The notes under the pieces: generated by a model | Database searches by the model: none | What the model saw: the letters and a program-made list of their open reading frames with translations, nothing else | What the model was told of the DNA's origin: nothing | Part shown: positions 11,527 to 23,336 of the stretch, one piece after another | How positions within the stretch are numbered: the first letter of the stretch is position 1 | Layout of the letters: the number at the start of each line of letters is the position of its first letter | Made by a program: the position numbers and the translations under genes | Origin: Vitrella brassicaformis CCMP3155 | Lineage: Eukaryota > Protista > Chromerida | Length of the DNA stretch: 64,000 nt | Assembly (NCBI GenBank): GCA_001179505.1 | Contig: CDMY01000426.1 | Span: 14,694-78,693, forward strand | Reading direction: 5' to 3'

Positions 11527-14494
11527 GTCATCGTTTCCACGCACTCTCTGTCTGACCAGGTCGGGGTGTCGTGTTCCATCGTCTACGGGACGATGGACCA
11601 GACGGCCAGAGAGCAGCAGCTCGCGCACTTCCGGAAAGGCGTCACTCGCGTGTTGGTGGTGACTGACGTGGCGGCAAGGGGGCTTGATATACCATTCCTC
11701 GAGTAAAGGGAGACACTGGGACACCCGTAAACACGCACACACACGTGTCACACACAGGTATGTGGTTAATTTCGACTTCCCCACCTCGCCCAAGCTCTTC
11801 GTCCACCGGGCGGGCAGGACGGCTCGAGCTGGACGGTCAGGCAGCGCCATATCGTTGGTGACCTCTCCCGACCTGCCCTACACGATGGAGCTGCTGCTCT
11901 TCCTCGGCAGAAAGCTCAGAGTCGCCGGCCATGGCCATGAAGACCCCCAACACACCGACACACAGCAACAGGATGACAGCGACAAGTGAGCTGGGAGTGT
12001 GTGTGTCCCTGCATCACCATGTCTGTCTCGTCATTGTCCGTTGTTTGTCAGTTCGTGTGTGTATCTGGGAGGAGTGCCTCACCTAGAGGATGACACCGAG
12101 TGGATCAGAGCGCAGATCGGCGGCGGCAAAAAGGGCGAGGAGGCGTCGGCCGCTGGAGGCGATAGCGAGCTCAAAAGGCTGTACGGCGCCATGGACGGGT
12201 ACGCCAGCCACAGATACAGACACATGATGTCCTTCCCACACAGATGGCCGCCGTGTGTGTGCATGTGCCAATCAGGGCTTACAAGTTGTATTACAAGACT
12301 CGCCCCTCTGCGAGCAAGGCCTCCGTGAAGCGCACCAAGGAGCTGATCCAGCAGGTCGGCGGCGTCGCCAAGCTCGGCAGCACGCCACACCCAGATTTCG
12401 GGACACAATTCAGCGAAACAGAGGTCAGTACGTGAGAGCCCACATGGATAAGAGGTCTGTGTACACCGATCTGTGGTGTGCTGTGCTGTCCGTCAGGCCG
12501 CCCGGGCGCATTTCATCGACGACCTGCGTCGGTTTCGGCCGCGCGCAGAGGACAACAAGGGCAGGGTCTTGTCGCCGGAGATACTCCAACGTACGACACT
12601 CCAGTGGCAAGAGAAATACGGGCGTCCATTTACACGTGTTGGTGCACGTGTGTGTGCGTGTGTGTCTGTCTGTTCGTGCCCATGGCAGGGATGCAGCAGC
12701 ACAGGGACATTCACACGCTGCAGCACTACTCAACCAAGAGACAAGAAGAAGACGAGCAAGACGAGCTAGGTCAGACGAAAGCACCACAGCCCACACACAT
12801 AGGCACCTCTCATGTGCCTCCCTGTTATCATCACGCAGACCAAAGCGACGACCAGGACGAAGGTGACAGCGCCCCCGCGACAATGGCCCAGCGATCACAT
12901 CAGACCACCACACCGTCCCCCACACCCGCCCACCCTCCCCGGCCCCGCATGAGCAAACGGCGCCGAAACAAACTGGCCAAAATGGGCGGACAAGCAGAAA
13001 ACGGCCAGCAGGACCTCGAAGCCATGGAGGAGGAGGGCATCACTGTGGCTGTGGGCGCTTACGGCGACACCAAGGCGCACCAGCTGCAGCAGGAGCACGA
13101 GGTCGATCAGGATGGGGCGAACGTCTTTGAGCGGACGACAAAGGTGCGTACCGATGCACTCGACACACACAACCATACACACCGACACAGATCGACGCAT
13201 CTTTCCATCCATCAGCGTGACCCGACTTTTTATCTTTCGGCCACGATGGACGCCCGCAACGAGGCCAAGGAGCGGGGCCTGCAGCTGGACGCCCACCGGC
13301 TGGACTTGGTGCCCGACGAGTCCACCGACATGAAGAAGAGCAAACAAGTCATGAAGTGAGTGAGCACGCCAGCCGCCGCTTGTGTGTGGGGGGGGAAGAT
13401 GCATGTGTCTGTGTGTGTGTGTGTGTGTCTGTCTGTGTGTGTGTGTGTGTGTGTGTAGGTGGAATGCCAGGAAGAAAAAGTACATGTTGACTGACGTCGA
13501 CGCGAGCGGCAGGGCACTCAAGAGGAAAAACGAGGCGGGCGTCACCGTCAAGTCAGCCACCCACACCGCAGCACACACACAATATTCTCACACCCCCATC
13601 CATCCATCCATCTGTGTGTATCTGTGTGTGTCTGTGTGCGTTAGGGGCGATCGCGACGTGGAGGGCACCTACAAGAAGTGGGCGCGCGAGACCAACCGCC
13701 GCATACAGGCCGTCGGCGAACAGGAGGAGAAGCAAGAACACACACACACCGGTAGGCTACCCCACGCAGCCACACACAGATCGGTGCGCTGAACGCTGTG
13801 GGCACGTGTCAATGGCCATGTGTGTAGGCCGCAAGCGGCCGCGTGATGACGAGAGTGAAACCGATGAAGATGGCGACGAGCCGACAGAGCCGCCCACACA
13901 GGTGCAGCGGACGGCGGGCGGAAAACGCGACGCAGGTACGCATCGCGCGGGCAAACGTGTCTGTGGTGCACTCGTTTATGCCGCACGTGTGTGTCGCGCG
14001 TGTGTGTCTGACGCGTGTGTGTAGGTCTTCGCGAGGCCGTCGAGAAAGGCTTCACTCTGACGCACAAGCAACAGCGGAAGGCCAAGAAGATCGGTCTTCT
14101 GCCAGGCGGCAAACAGCCACAGCCACACGCAGCCAAAGACGCCGACGCGACCCAGCTCAAAACCGCCAAAGAGGTCCGTCCGCATACCACCAGACGACCA
14201 CACACATGGGGCCGTCTGTCTCGTCATGTGTCTATGGTGTGTGTGCAGATCGCCAAGGCCAAGCGGGAGCAGCAGAGGATGAAGGTGCGGACGACACCGA
14301 AGCTGCGTCAAAAGGCGGCCAAGAGGGCCAAGGATGCGTGGATGAGCAAGCAGCGTGACAAGGCCGCCATGAAGGGGGCGCCCAACCGCAGCATGCTCAT
14401 TGTGCGGCAGGGCGGCAAGAAAGGATTCAAGGGATTGGGCAGGGGAGGCGGCAAGGGAACAATGGGCAAGAAGGGCGCCCGAGGCAAAAAGTGA
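9994..14494 (+). CDS. DBP10: ATP-dependent DEAD-box RNA helicase DBP10/DDX54 (60S biogenesis), multi-exon
   Basis: Q motif GGGFQSMDL...GYKVPTPIQ, motif [42 protein letters not shown] and HRAGRTAR. C-terminal DBP10CT-like segment LDLVPDE...WNARKKKY and basic tail. Confidence 0.95.
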
Positions 14495-15118
14495 GAGAGA
14501 GAGAAGCCAAGGACGGCTGGCTGATGGTGGGCTGAATCGCTGGTCGTGTGTGTGTGTGTGTATACGAACGAACGGTTGGTTGGTTGCGATTAAATCAATA
14601 GCAATGTAGCAACATGATGCACTCAGTGATCTCACTCATGATGCACACACTGCAACATACACACACACAGGGGCTCGGTCTCAGTGAAAGGTCTGTGTGT
14701 GGGTGTTGGTTCCTCACCGCCTCTCTGTCGCCGTACTTGCTGTCTTCCCAATGAGGCAGATATGCACGTGCCGACCGACAGCTGTACACTCGCGCTGCCG
14801 CGTCTCTCTTACTTGGACACCAGGCTTAAATCAAGATCATAGCCGCCCTAGTGTCACACCTCCCGCCCTTCACTCTGTGGCCTGCCTTCAGTCCCTCATA
14901 TAACTCCCATGCGAACGACTGCAAATCGCGCAGCATGGACTCGAGTCGTTATGGTCACAGATAGACGAAAAACCAACCCAATCCACACACACAGAACCCG
15001 GTCAATCAGTCAGACCACCTGTTCCCCGTTGATCCACTGAGGGATTGATGCACACAGCCCGCCAGTGTCAGTGAGTGAGATAGAGGCGAAAAAAGAAAAA
15101 TCACTCTCACTCACCCAT

Positions 15119-16941
15119 TCACAGCCTATTCCCCAGCCCGTCGCCGAACAGCACCTCCACATCGGCCCCCATGACCTCACGAGCCACTCTCACTGTCTGA
15201 GGGAACCTGGCGGCACCCTCCTTGCCCGACACGGGACACTCCGTCGTGTAGAGCGTTGTTTCAGCATGGTTGTGCCGGCCGCAGATCATGACGTGAGCCT
15301 CGAAGGTGTGGTGGGGCTGGTCGCCTTGGATCACGATCATGCGGCCGAAGTATCCTCCGGGCGACTCGCGAGTGCTGACAGTGTGGCAGGTCTGCCACAC
15401 GGGGGGCGGCTGCCAGCGGAGAGCCATCTGAAATGAAAGAGAATGGGAGAGACAGATGGATCGATGGATCGATGGACAAACAGGATCGGTGTCAGTGAGT
15501 GTGTGTGTGTGTGTATGCGACTTACCAGTCGGGTAAGGCGCTGCGAACTGGGTGCAAAAAACTGGTGCGCCACAACACGCCCGTCGGTGGTGGTCCCACC
15601 GATCCCACCGACGGGTGGTCCTGACCTCATCCTGACCAGACAGACAGACAGACTGACCGCGTGTGTGTGCATATTCCTCTCATTATTGTCTTCTGAGTCA
15701 CTTGTACAACACGGCGGCGCGAACCGAATCATAGTCATTACCTGCCCACACACAGACACACAGGCAGGCAGCTTCAGACACGCACCCAAATGGTGGATGG
15801 ACAGATCGGTTCTCACCTCCAAGTTGGCACACAGGGTCGGTCTCGTCGAATCGAGCTCGGAAGGAGCTGTCGGCCGGCAGTGTCTGCAGGGTGCGAATGG
15901 TGAGACGATATCCATCCAGCCATTCCTCGCCAAGCATTCGTTGCAGCGTCATATGCAGTGTGGTGTCGCCTTGCAAGTGACGCCAGAGAAGGGAGAACTG
16001 CCGCAACGGCTCGCACCGCCCGTCGAACAGCGCCCTGCTGCCCACCCCTTCGAAATCCTTTTCGCGCAGCGGTATCGGCAATCCCCAAAACACCCGCCCA
16101 TGCTGCTCGGCCACCCTGAGGATCGGCGTCCACCTCGACCACTCGCCCCCGTGCTGGATGATGTACAGAATTTTCTGGAGCAGGTCGAGGGATAACGTCG
16201 ATTCCCAGCTGTTCGGATGATAGCTGACGAGGTCCTGCATACGCTTGGCGGCGATCTGGCGGTCAATCACCGACGTGAGTGTCGCCTCGGAGATGCGCTG
16301 TATGCCGAGGGTGCACGTGCGTCGGAGGCGGCCGAGGCCGTCGGCGCCCACTAGAGGGAAAATGACCTCACACTCGATTTCATAGGGGAGGTCGAACAGC
16401 CGAAGCTGCTCGTCATGCTGAAAAAGGCGGAGAGACAGACGGCAATGAGAAGCGTGTTGCTCGTGGCACTGCCTTTTGTGTGTCTGGTACCGTGTTGCCG
16501 CCATCCCGAGTCACAGGACCGTTGGCAACAAACCGGAAGCCCTCGTGCACCTGCACACTCAGTCGGACGGATACGCACACATCGTGAATTGATCCAGAGG
16601 TCGTATGCCTGTCTGTCTTCGTGTGCACCTGTTGGGCGTGCGGGGATCTGTTTTTGTGATGCGGCACCACCACACGGAACTCCTCGTGTCGGCCGTCCAC
16701 CTCCCGCATCCTTAGCGCCGTCCCTTCATTGGTCTCCTCTGTGCGATAGACAGCCGCCACCACCCACTCCTGCTCGCCCTTCTCGCGCCCGGCCGTCACC
16801 ATCCACACGCGAGCGCCCTCCGGGTGAGGACGAGCCGCATGAGGACGAGCCGCATGGGAGAGGGGCTCCATCTGACGCATTGATGAAACACAACCAACGA
16901 ATGACCAACTGAAGGAATGAGAGGGGTGCATCATTCATCAC
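15119..16941 (-). CDS. Lineage-specific expanded-family hypothetical protein; start codon uncertain
   Basis: A large exon lies in ORF 15698..16504 (LRLFDLPYEIECEVIFPLVGADGLGRLRRTC). It splices in frame to exons near 15527-15625 and 15119-15427, and a probable first exon ends REGRAG near 16772. Confidence 0.6.
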
Positions 16942-17129
16942 ACCTGTGTGTACCTGTGAGGCGCGAGCACCTCAAATGCTCAAAAGGCGGGTGGTCGCCA
17001 GATGGATTCGGAGGGCTTCTCGGGCGTCAATCACCTGCATCCGTCTTGAGTAGATTCCTCGTTTGTCTTTCCACTTACTAAGCCAGATTCTTACTAAGCC
17101 CCTAGCATCCCCTTCAGCTAAGCTTGCGG

Positions 17130-17423
17130 GCCTGAGGCTGGCCTGCTTTGTTGCCCTTCTGGCCTCTCTTTCCTCTGCTGTCTGGCTGTTCTGTGCATCT
17201 GGGTGTGGGGTGGATCAGTCGTGGGTGATGGGGCGGGCGTGCACTACTAGGCAGCTATGTTACTTCATCTTCAGCCAGTGTGTGAGGGGGACACACACAT
17301 CATCTCATCGACAGCATCTCATCGACACAGCATTCTTACTTGCCTGCACGTTCTGCGCCTGAGGCTGGCCTGCTTTGTTGCCCTTCTGGCCTCTCTCTCC
17401 TCTGCTGTCTGGCTGTTCTGTGC
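17130..17423. repeat. 67-bp direct repeat at 17130-17196 and 17357-17423
   Basis: GCCTGAGGCTGGCCTGCTTTGTTGCCCTTCTGGCCTCTCT(T/C)TCCTCTGCTGTCTGGCTGTTCTGTGC occurs twice with one mismatch. Confidence 0.92.
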
Positions 17424-17566
17424 TGTCGGCTGGCGAAGTGTCTTCCTTTTCTTTTCAAGAACGAGCAGTGGCTAATTTTTCATCTGAGCGCTGGCCACTT
17501 TAGACTTACGGACGCATTGATTGGACACACCATCTGCCCTCAGGGGCCGGGGCCTCGGTGCCCGTT

Positions 17567-17594
17567 AACGAACGAACGAACGAACGAACGAACG
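17567..17594. repeat. (AACG)7 microsatellite
   Basis: Read directly. Confidence 0.9.
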
Positions 17595-17853
17595 GGACGA
17601 GAGGTCGCCAAACAGCTCGCAAGCCATTCATTGCTCCTTCGAGAGATCTGATGTCGGCATTAGTCATCTGCATCGTCAACCTTGAGCCGATTCCTCGTTT
17701 GTTTTTCCACTTGCGCACGAGAGGTGTGTTCTGACAACTCTTCATGTCGACGGCGGCGAACAAAGAGCCACTGCAGGAGTACCAGTGAAGCGACAGGAGG
17801 GTTCGCGTCGTGCCGCCCCGCCGTTTTCTGCCGTTGCGGCTGGAGTACCAACG

Positions 17854-18457
17854 ATGGCAGCCCAAGATGAGGACGAATATGGCGAATCCGAAGGTAGTAT
17901 TGCTTATTGAGGACGATTGCAGCGAGGACAGGCATCCTTGCGTTCGCTCAGGTGACAGTGGTCGCGGTCCCACGCCGTTTTTCTTCCGTCCATCAGCTGG
18001 TGCGGCCAAGGCCAAACCGGCGGCCGCCAAGGCAAAGACGGCAGCCAAGCCCGCAGCCATGGACGAAGATGACGACGCCACAGGTCAGCCAGTGCACAAG
18101 ACGGACAGACAGACAGGCAGACAGACAGACCACTCTGCGATCTTGGACATCTAATTCAAGTTCGGTGTCATTCAGACGAGGACGATGGTTCAGAAGAGGA
18201 CCTGAAGGATAACAAGGAAGGAAGGAGTAATTCACACTGATCGGCACCCGAACAAACATTCGTGTGCTTGTTTCGTCCCTCTGTGTCGTGTCTGCTCGTT
18301 ACTGCGTGCAGCCAAGGCTAAACCCAACGCGGCACCCAAGTCAGCGGCATCTAGGCGCAGCATGAAGGCCTCACCGAAGAAGCCCGTCGATGACGACTCG
18401 GAAACCGGTCTGTCAGTCAGTCAGTCCGAGCACACACGCCAGACGTGAACACTTCTG

Positions 18458-18491
<34 letters not shown>

Positions 18492-18953
18492 TATGTGCAG
18501 ACGAGGATGAGGCGCCCCGACAGAGGGCTCCGAAGGCCGGCGACAAGCGGAAGGCACAGCAGGCAGTCAGCCAGCTTGCTGAAGCCACCAAGGGAGGTAC
18601 GCTGGTTGGGGTGGCGGCGGGGTAAGGAGGACTCAAAAGAAATCTCTCTTTCCTTTCTCTCCCTCTCTCTCTCTGTTGGTGCGTATCGAACAGGCGATGT
18701 GTGTGGCCGCAAAGTGTACGTGGGCAATCTGCCGTCCGGTGTGACAGAGAAACAGCTGCGCGAGGCCTTCAGTACTTGCGGCAGGATCGAGGAGCTTCAC
18801 GTCCCCGAGAAAGGGGAGAGGGGCTTCGCCTTCGTCACATTCGCACACCTGGCGGGCGCCAAGAGAGCTCTCGAGTTCCGCGGGGCAGTCTTCCACGGCA
18901 GAAAGGTAAATGTCATGACACACAGCGCAGGGAAGGCATGGCATCGCAGAGCC

Positions 18954-18987
<34 letters not shown>

Positions 18988-21024
18988 CAGCTGCGCGTCG
19001 CCCACCCAAACAGTGGCAGACCAAAAGGACCCAAACCTGACAGGGTACCCCCTACTCGTTCATTCATCCATCCGCGCATTAATGTGTGTGTGTGTGTGTG
19101 TGTGTGTAAAATGCGTGTGTAGTTGAAGAGTTTGCTGCTTCACAACCTGGCCAAGAATGCCACCGAGGACGACCTGCACAACGCCTTCGAGGTTGCCGGT
19201 GAGATCGAAAACGTCCACATTCTCAAGAACTGGGAGACGCAGGAGGTGAGGGAATGACCACACCAGGACACACGCATTCACACGACCATCGGCGGCCATC
19301 ACCTGCCCGCCTGCAGTCTCGTGGAGTGGCGTTTGTGAATTTCGCGACCGAGGAGGGCTGCCTCGCCGCCAGCCAAATTGATGGCGTCCGCATCAAGGGA
19401 CAAACCATATCGGTCAGTCAGGCGGTCTGCCCACTGCACACAGACGCCACGTATGCACTTACGCGTTGTGTGTGTATCGGTGTGTAGATGAAATGGGGCC
19501 ATGACAGAGGCGCTCGGGGCCGCGCCGCTGCTGCTGCGGCGGCCAATGGAGGTACGGGTGAATGCATCAAGATGGGATGGGATGAAATGGACACTCTTGT
19601 GTGCTGTTGTTCAGGTGAGGTCAGCGTCCGCGCTGTGGCGGTGAAGCGTGAGCACGACCCCTACGATGGCGAGGACGGGCAGGGGGGTGCGGAGGACATC
19701 AAGCAAGAGAGAGAGGCCGTCAAAGACGAGCCGCATGACGTCAGTGCGAACGAGGAGGCCGGTGAAGAGGATCTGCAGGACGACGGTGCGTATCAACGAC
19801 GCACGCCTGAGTGTCGGTGTGGCTCTCTGTTTCTGCTCCTGTCACTCATGTGTGCAGACACCCAGCAGTGGGAGGCACGCCTCCGTGCGGCCTTCACCCG
19901 GAAGTGCACACACGGCTCCAAGACGCACGACTCAGCCTATGACGACCTCACCCTGGTCGCCGTCGACCGTAACACCAACTGCACGGTTGGCTTCTACGTG
20001 ACGGTCGGGCCATTCTTCACCGATCAGGACGAAGACGGCCACGGGGTATATGTCAGGGCAGGAGTCTGGTGCGACTCGAGGAGCCGCATATGGGACTTCA
20101 GGGGGCTGACCACGAGGCTTCGCCGCGTTCGGGGCGGCGCCAGCTTGCAGGATCTCCTCGCCACGACAAAAAAGATGGTGCTGGGGCCAGATGGGAGGAA
20201 GATCATCAAGCACGACAAGGACACCGCCGGTCAGCGCAAGAGGGCGGCCAAGAGGTCGATTGAGAACGGCAGCGGCGAGACCCCTCCAGCCAAACAGCGC
20301 CGCGAGTCAGGTACACAGTAGAGGGACACACACAGAAAAGGGCTGCGTCACCATTGCGGCTGTGTCATTATGTGTGTGTTCTCGTGTCATCAGGTGTGTC
20401 TGCTGGATTGTCTGGTCGTCATGCAGCTGCCGCTGCTGCTGCTGCTGCTGCTGCCGCAGCAGCAGCACCTGAGCAGCTGAGTCAGATGAAGGCGCTGGTG
20501 CAGCTGACTCGCCGAGAGCTGATGAGGGCCATCAAAGTGGACCCTGACGACCTCATACGTGACCTTGCCGAGACAATGGACACGGTGAGGGAGAGAGGGC
20601 GGGTCGGGTCTGGTTGTGTGACGGCTGATAGGACTCAATGTGTTGTGCTGTCTGCCATGCCTGCCTGCAGCACAAGATGAACGGCGCTGCGTTGGCCGAC
20701 ATCGGCCAGATGGACAAGGAGGAGATGCTCAAGGACATGGAGCACTTAGGCATCACGGCATATGGCCAGCAGCGGGCCCTCAAGCGATGGATCAAGCACG
20801 CCATGGACAGCGGCGGGGTACCACACCACACACAGACTATGTGCGTGGATTGGCCGATGGATGACATGTCGTTCTTTTCCTTGGTCAGGTCCGTGTGCCA
20901 AGTGCCAAGGTGGCCCAGACCGACGCATCCATGGAGAGAGGCTGATAGTGCGCAAGCACATTGGGATGAGGTGATGTCATGCAAGCCATTTTTGCCTGAT
21001 GATGTGGCCTCCGGCGTTGGCTAG
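17854..21024 (+). CDS. RNA-binding protein: Ala/Lys/acidic low-complexity N-terminus, two RRMs, unassigned middle domain, poly-Ala and SAM-like domain
   Basis: Exon 1 MAAQDEDEYGESE splices in phase 1 to AGAAKAKPAAAK. RRM1 has RNP2 KVYVGNL and RNP1 RGFAFVTF. RRM2 has LLLHNL and RGVAFVNF. SAM-like segment HKMNGAALADI...DMEHLGITAYGQQRALKRWI near 20670-20800. Confidence 0.8.
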
Positions 21025-21430
21025 CTTCAAGTGTGATGGTGCCCTGCCGCGGTTGGGAGTGATGGTGCGGTGAGATCGGGATGTATGTGCGTTGTTTTTC
21101 TGGACCCTCGTTGACGCATCGAGTGGCATTTATGGACATTCAGAGTCCTGACACATGCATCATGTGGATTCACTCATTCTTGCCTTAAGACGGTAGGAGT
21201 GAGCGAGCGGCCAACCAGCCGTCAGCCATCAGCCATCAGTGCATCCGCCGATGAAGCCACACACTCACACCCAGCCACATAAGAGAGAGAGAGATAGAGA
21301 GAAAGACATAAGACAGACAGAGAGAGCAAACAACCAACCGAGCATGGCGCTCAATTCGCTTGGAAAAGGCAGCAGGCAGCAGGTAGCTACGATACACGCG
21401 AAAAGTCCCCATTTCATTCTATCTCTCTTA

Positions 21431-21761
21431 CAGCCATCGGCCGTCGCTCGATCGGAAGTCGCTGGTGTGTTCGTCTGTTAGGTCGACCACGCCATCCGCC
21501 ACATCAAGAGCGATGGTTGTCGCTCTCGACGCCACGAACAACATGAGTCAGCAACAGACGAACACCCAGCCACTTGACGGACACACGGAAAAGCCCCCCG
21601 TCATACACAGACAAGACATTCGCCATCCCCCGTTTGTGGACAAAAGATACCATAGCATTCGCGTCTGTCTATGTGTGTTGCAGCCTTCCGCCGTCGATCG
21701 ACCGCCACTGGGTGTGTTCGTCTGTTGTGTCCGCCACCCCCTCCGCCTCACCAAGAGCGAT
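21431..21761 (+). repeat. Two degenerate copies (about 21431-21515 and 21680-21761) of an exon-like segment
   Basis: Shared CAGCC.TC.GCCGTCG...GGTGTGTTCGTCTGTT...CAAGAGCGATG. Each copy begins after a pyrimidine-rich CAG. Confidence 0.7.
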
Positions 21762-22207
21762 GTCGACGAGAGGGAGAGAGTGGCCAACATACCAGACGAA
21801 CATCCACGCAGGGCGAGACTCGACAGACCACATACACACCTACGCGTAAACAAGGCGGTCACCCAAAAAGAGATGCAATAGAAAGCCAAAGAGATACACG
21901 CATAAGAGAGGGAGAGAGAGCCAGGCAGGCAGGCAGGCAGGCAGGCCGCCAAAAATATCAGAGCAAGCTGAAAGGCGCTCGCTCGATGTCTGTCTGAGTC
22001 TGTCCCCTTCCCTCCCTATGCACACAGATACTCTCAAACATACACAGCCATGTGTGCATAAAAACCGTTGTGCATTTCGCTAAGTGCATCCATCCATCCA
22101 TCCATCCCGCCACCCCACCAAACCACCTCCCCAGCCATGTAGCCGCTATCTACCGAGGCGTGCGTCTTCAACAAGTCGTCTACCGACCCGTCCGTCCGTC
22201 TTGTTCG

Positions 22208-23015
22208 TCATTTGTCGTCGTCGCATGGTGCGACGTGGACGCCTTTGCACGCCTTGCTGTACTGCTGCTTGAACCGGCTCAGCTGCTCCCGCACCTGGTG
22301 CTCAACCCGGTCACGATACCTACACACACACACACGCACACACACACACCAGAACCACACAATGAGGCACACCACACCCACGTGCGGCTCTGCTGTGCAT
22401 TTGTGTGAGGTGTCCATCTCCTCACCTGAGCTCAGCCGGCGTCATCTGGTGGAACCTCTGCGGGTGCGTCAGATGGTCCAAACCCCCTTCCCCGCCCTCG
22501 CCCCCTCCCTCCCCCTCACCCAACATCATGTCATGCTGCCCGTGGTGACCCTGCTGGTGTGTGGGCGTGTTGCCGTTGGATGACAGCTGCAGCCGGTCCA
22601 TGCCCATGTTGAGGTCCATTGCGATGCCCACGTCGTTGCCCGATGAGGGAGGGGGGAGGGGGAGGGGGAACGGGACGGGCAGGGGCACGTCGACAGGGCG
22701 GGCGGCGTGGCTCTGCTGCTCAGCCCACAACTGGTACTTATAGCTCATGTTGTCGCTAAGACGAAGCCGCTTGGCCCTAGGCAGTGAGAATGGCCGGTTG
22801 CCGCTGCCGCTGTGGTGGACCGGCCTCCCCTCCCTCTCGTCGACATCCATGTCTACGTCACCACCGCCGCCCGAATCGCCGTCATGCGGCCGGCTCTCGC
22901 CCCTGTCGTTCTGGTAGATGGACGCATGGGACCGTTTGAGCCTCACAGGCGTGGAAGCCGGCGCGTTGGGCACGCTGGGCGGCTGGTGGTGGGCTGGGAA
23001 GTGGTAGGGGTCCAT
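22208..23015 (-). CDS. Small low-complexity hypothetical protein with NLS-like motif (2 exons)
   Basis: First in-frame ATG at 23015 (MDPYHFP). Contains PRAKRLRL. An intron at about 22427-22321 joins AELR to YRDRVEHQVREQL, with the stop at 22208. Confidence 0.6.
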
Positions 23016-23336
23016 CGGATCAGCCGGACGAGGGGTGAAGGTCTTCACACATGACACGCCGACCCTCTACGAACGGTTGCGGCGGCGAGTGGGGTGCCGG
23101 TGTTCGCCAACAGACGCCGAAGAGCGCCAAAAGAGCGCTGAAGAGAACGCAATTGGCGAAGGTTGAAAACGGTGTGCTCCTCACAGGCTCCTCACATCAA
23201 CAACAAGCCTTGAAGGCTCCTGTTCCTCTTTTCCCTTTTTGCTTCGAGCTCGCAAGACATTTGTTTTCCGGTTTGTTGGAGTTGAGAGTTGTTGGAGTCG
23301 AGTTGAGAGTTCGTGTCCATCGCCTCTTGACAGATC
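23016..23336. promoter_or_regulatory. Short bidirectional intergenic region with an E2F-like site
   Basis: Lies between divergent ATGs at 23015 (-) and 23337 (+). GCGCCAAAA (reverse complement TTTTGGCGC) at 23124-23132 is flanked by the inverted pair TTCGCCAA (23103-23110) and TTGGCGAA (23153-23160). Confidence 0.45.

Larger units (their letters stand above)
17053..17712. repeat. 24-bp direct repeat GATTCCTCGTTTGT(C/T)TTTCCACTT at 17053-17076 and 17689-17712
   Basis: Read directly; one mismatch. Weaker similarity extends about 25 bp upstream of each copy (ctgcatc...cttgag). Confidence 0.85.

Noticed and set aside
17053-17712. CRISPR array or LTR element interpretation of the direct repeats (also 26689-26752 and 55181-55413)
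   Set aside because: Only two copies each, no regular unique spacers, no cas, gag or pol genes, and a eukaryotic context.
22208-23015. Akirin-like identity (LKR...KRLRL plus C-terminal helix)
   Set aside because: Only generic basic motifs match. The conserved akirin C-terminal signature is absent.
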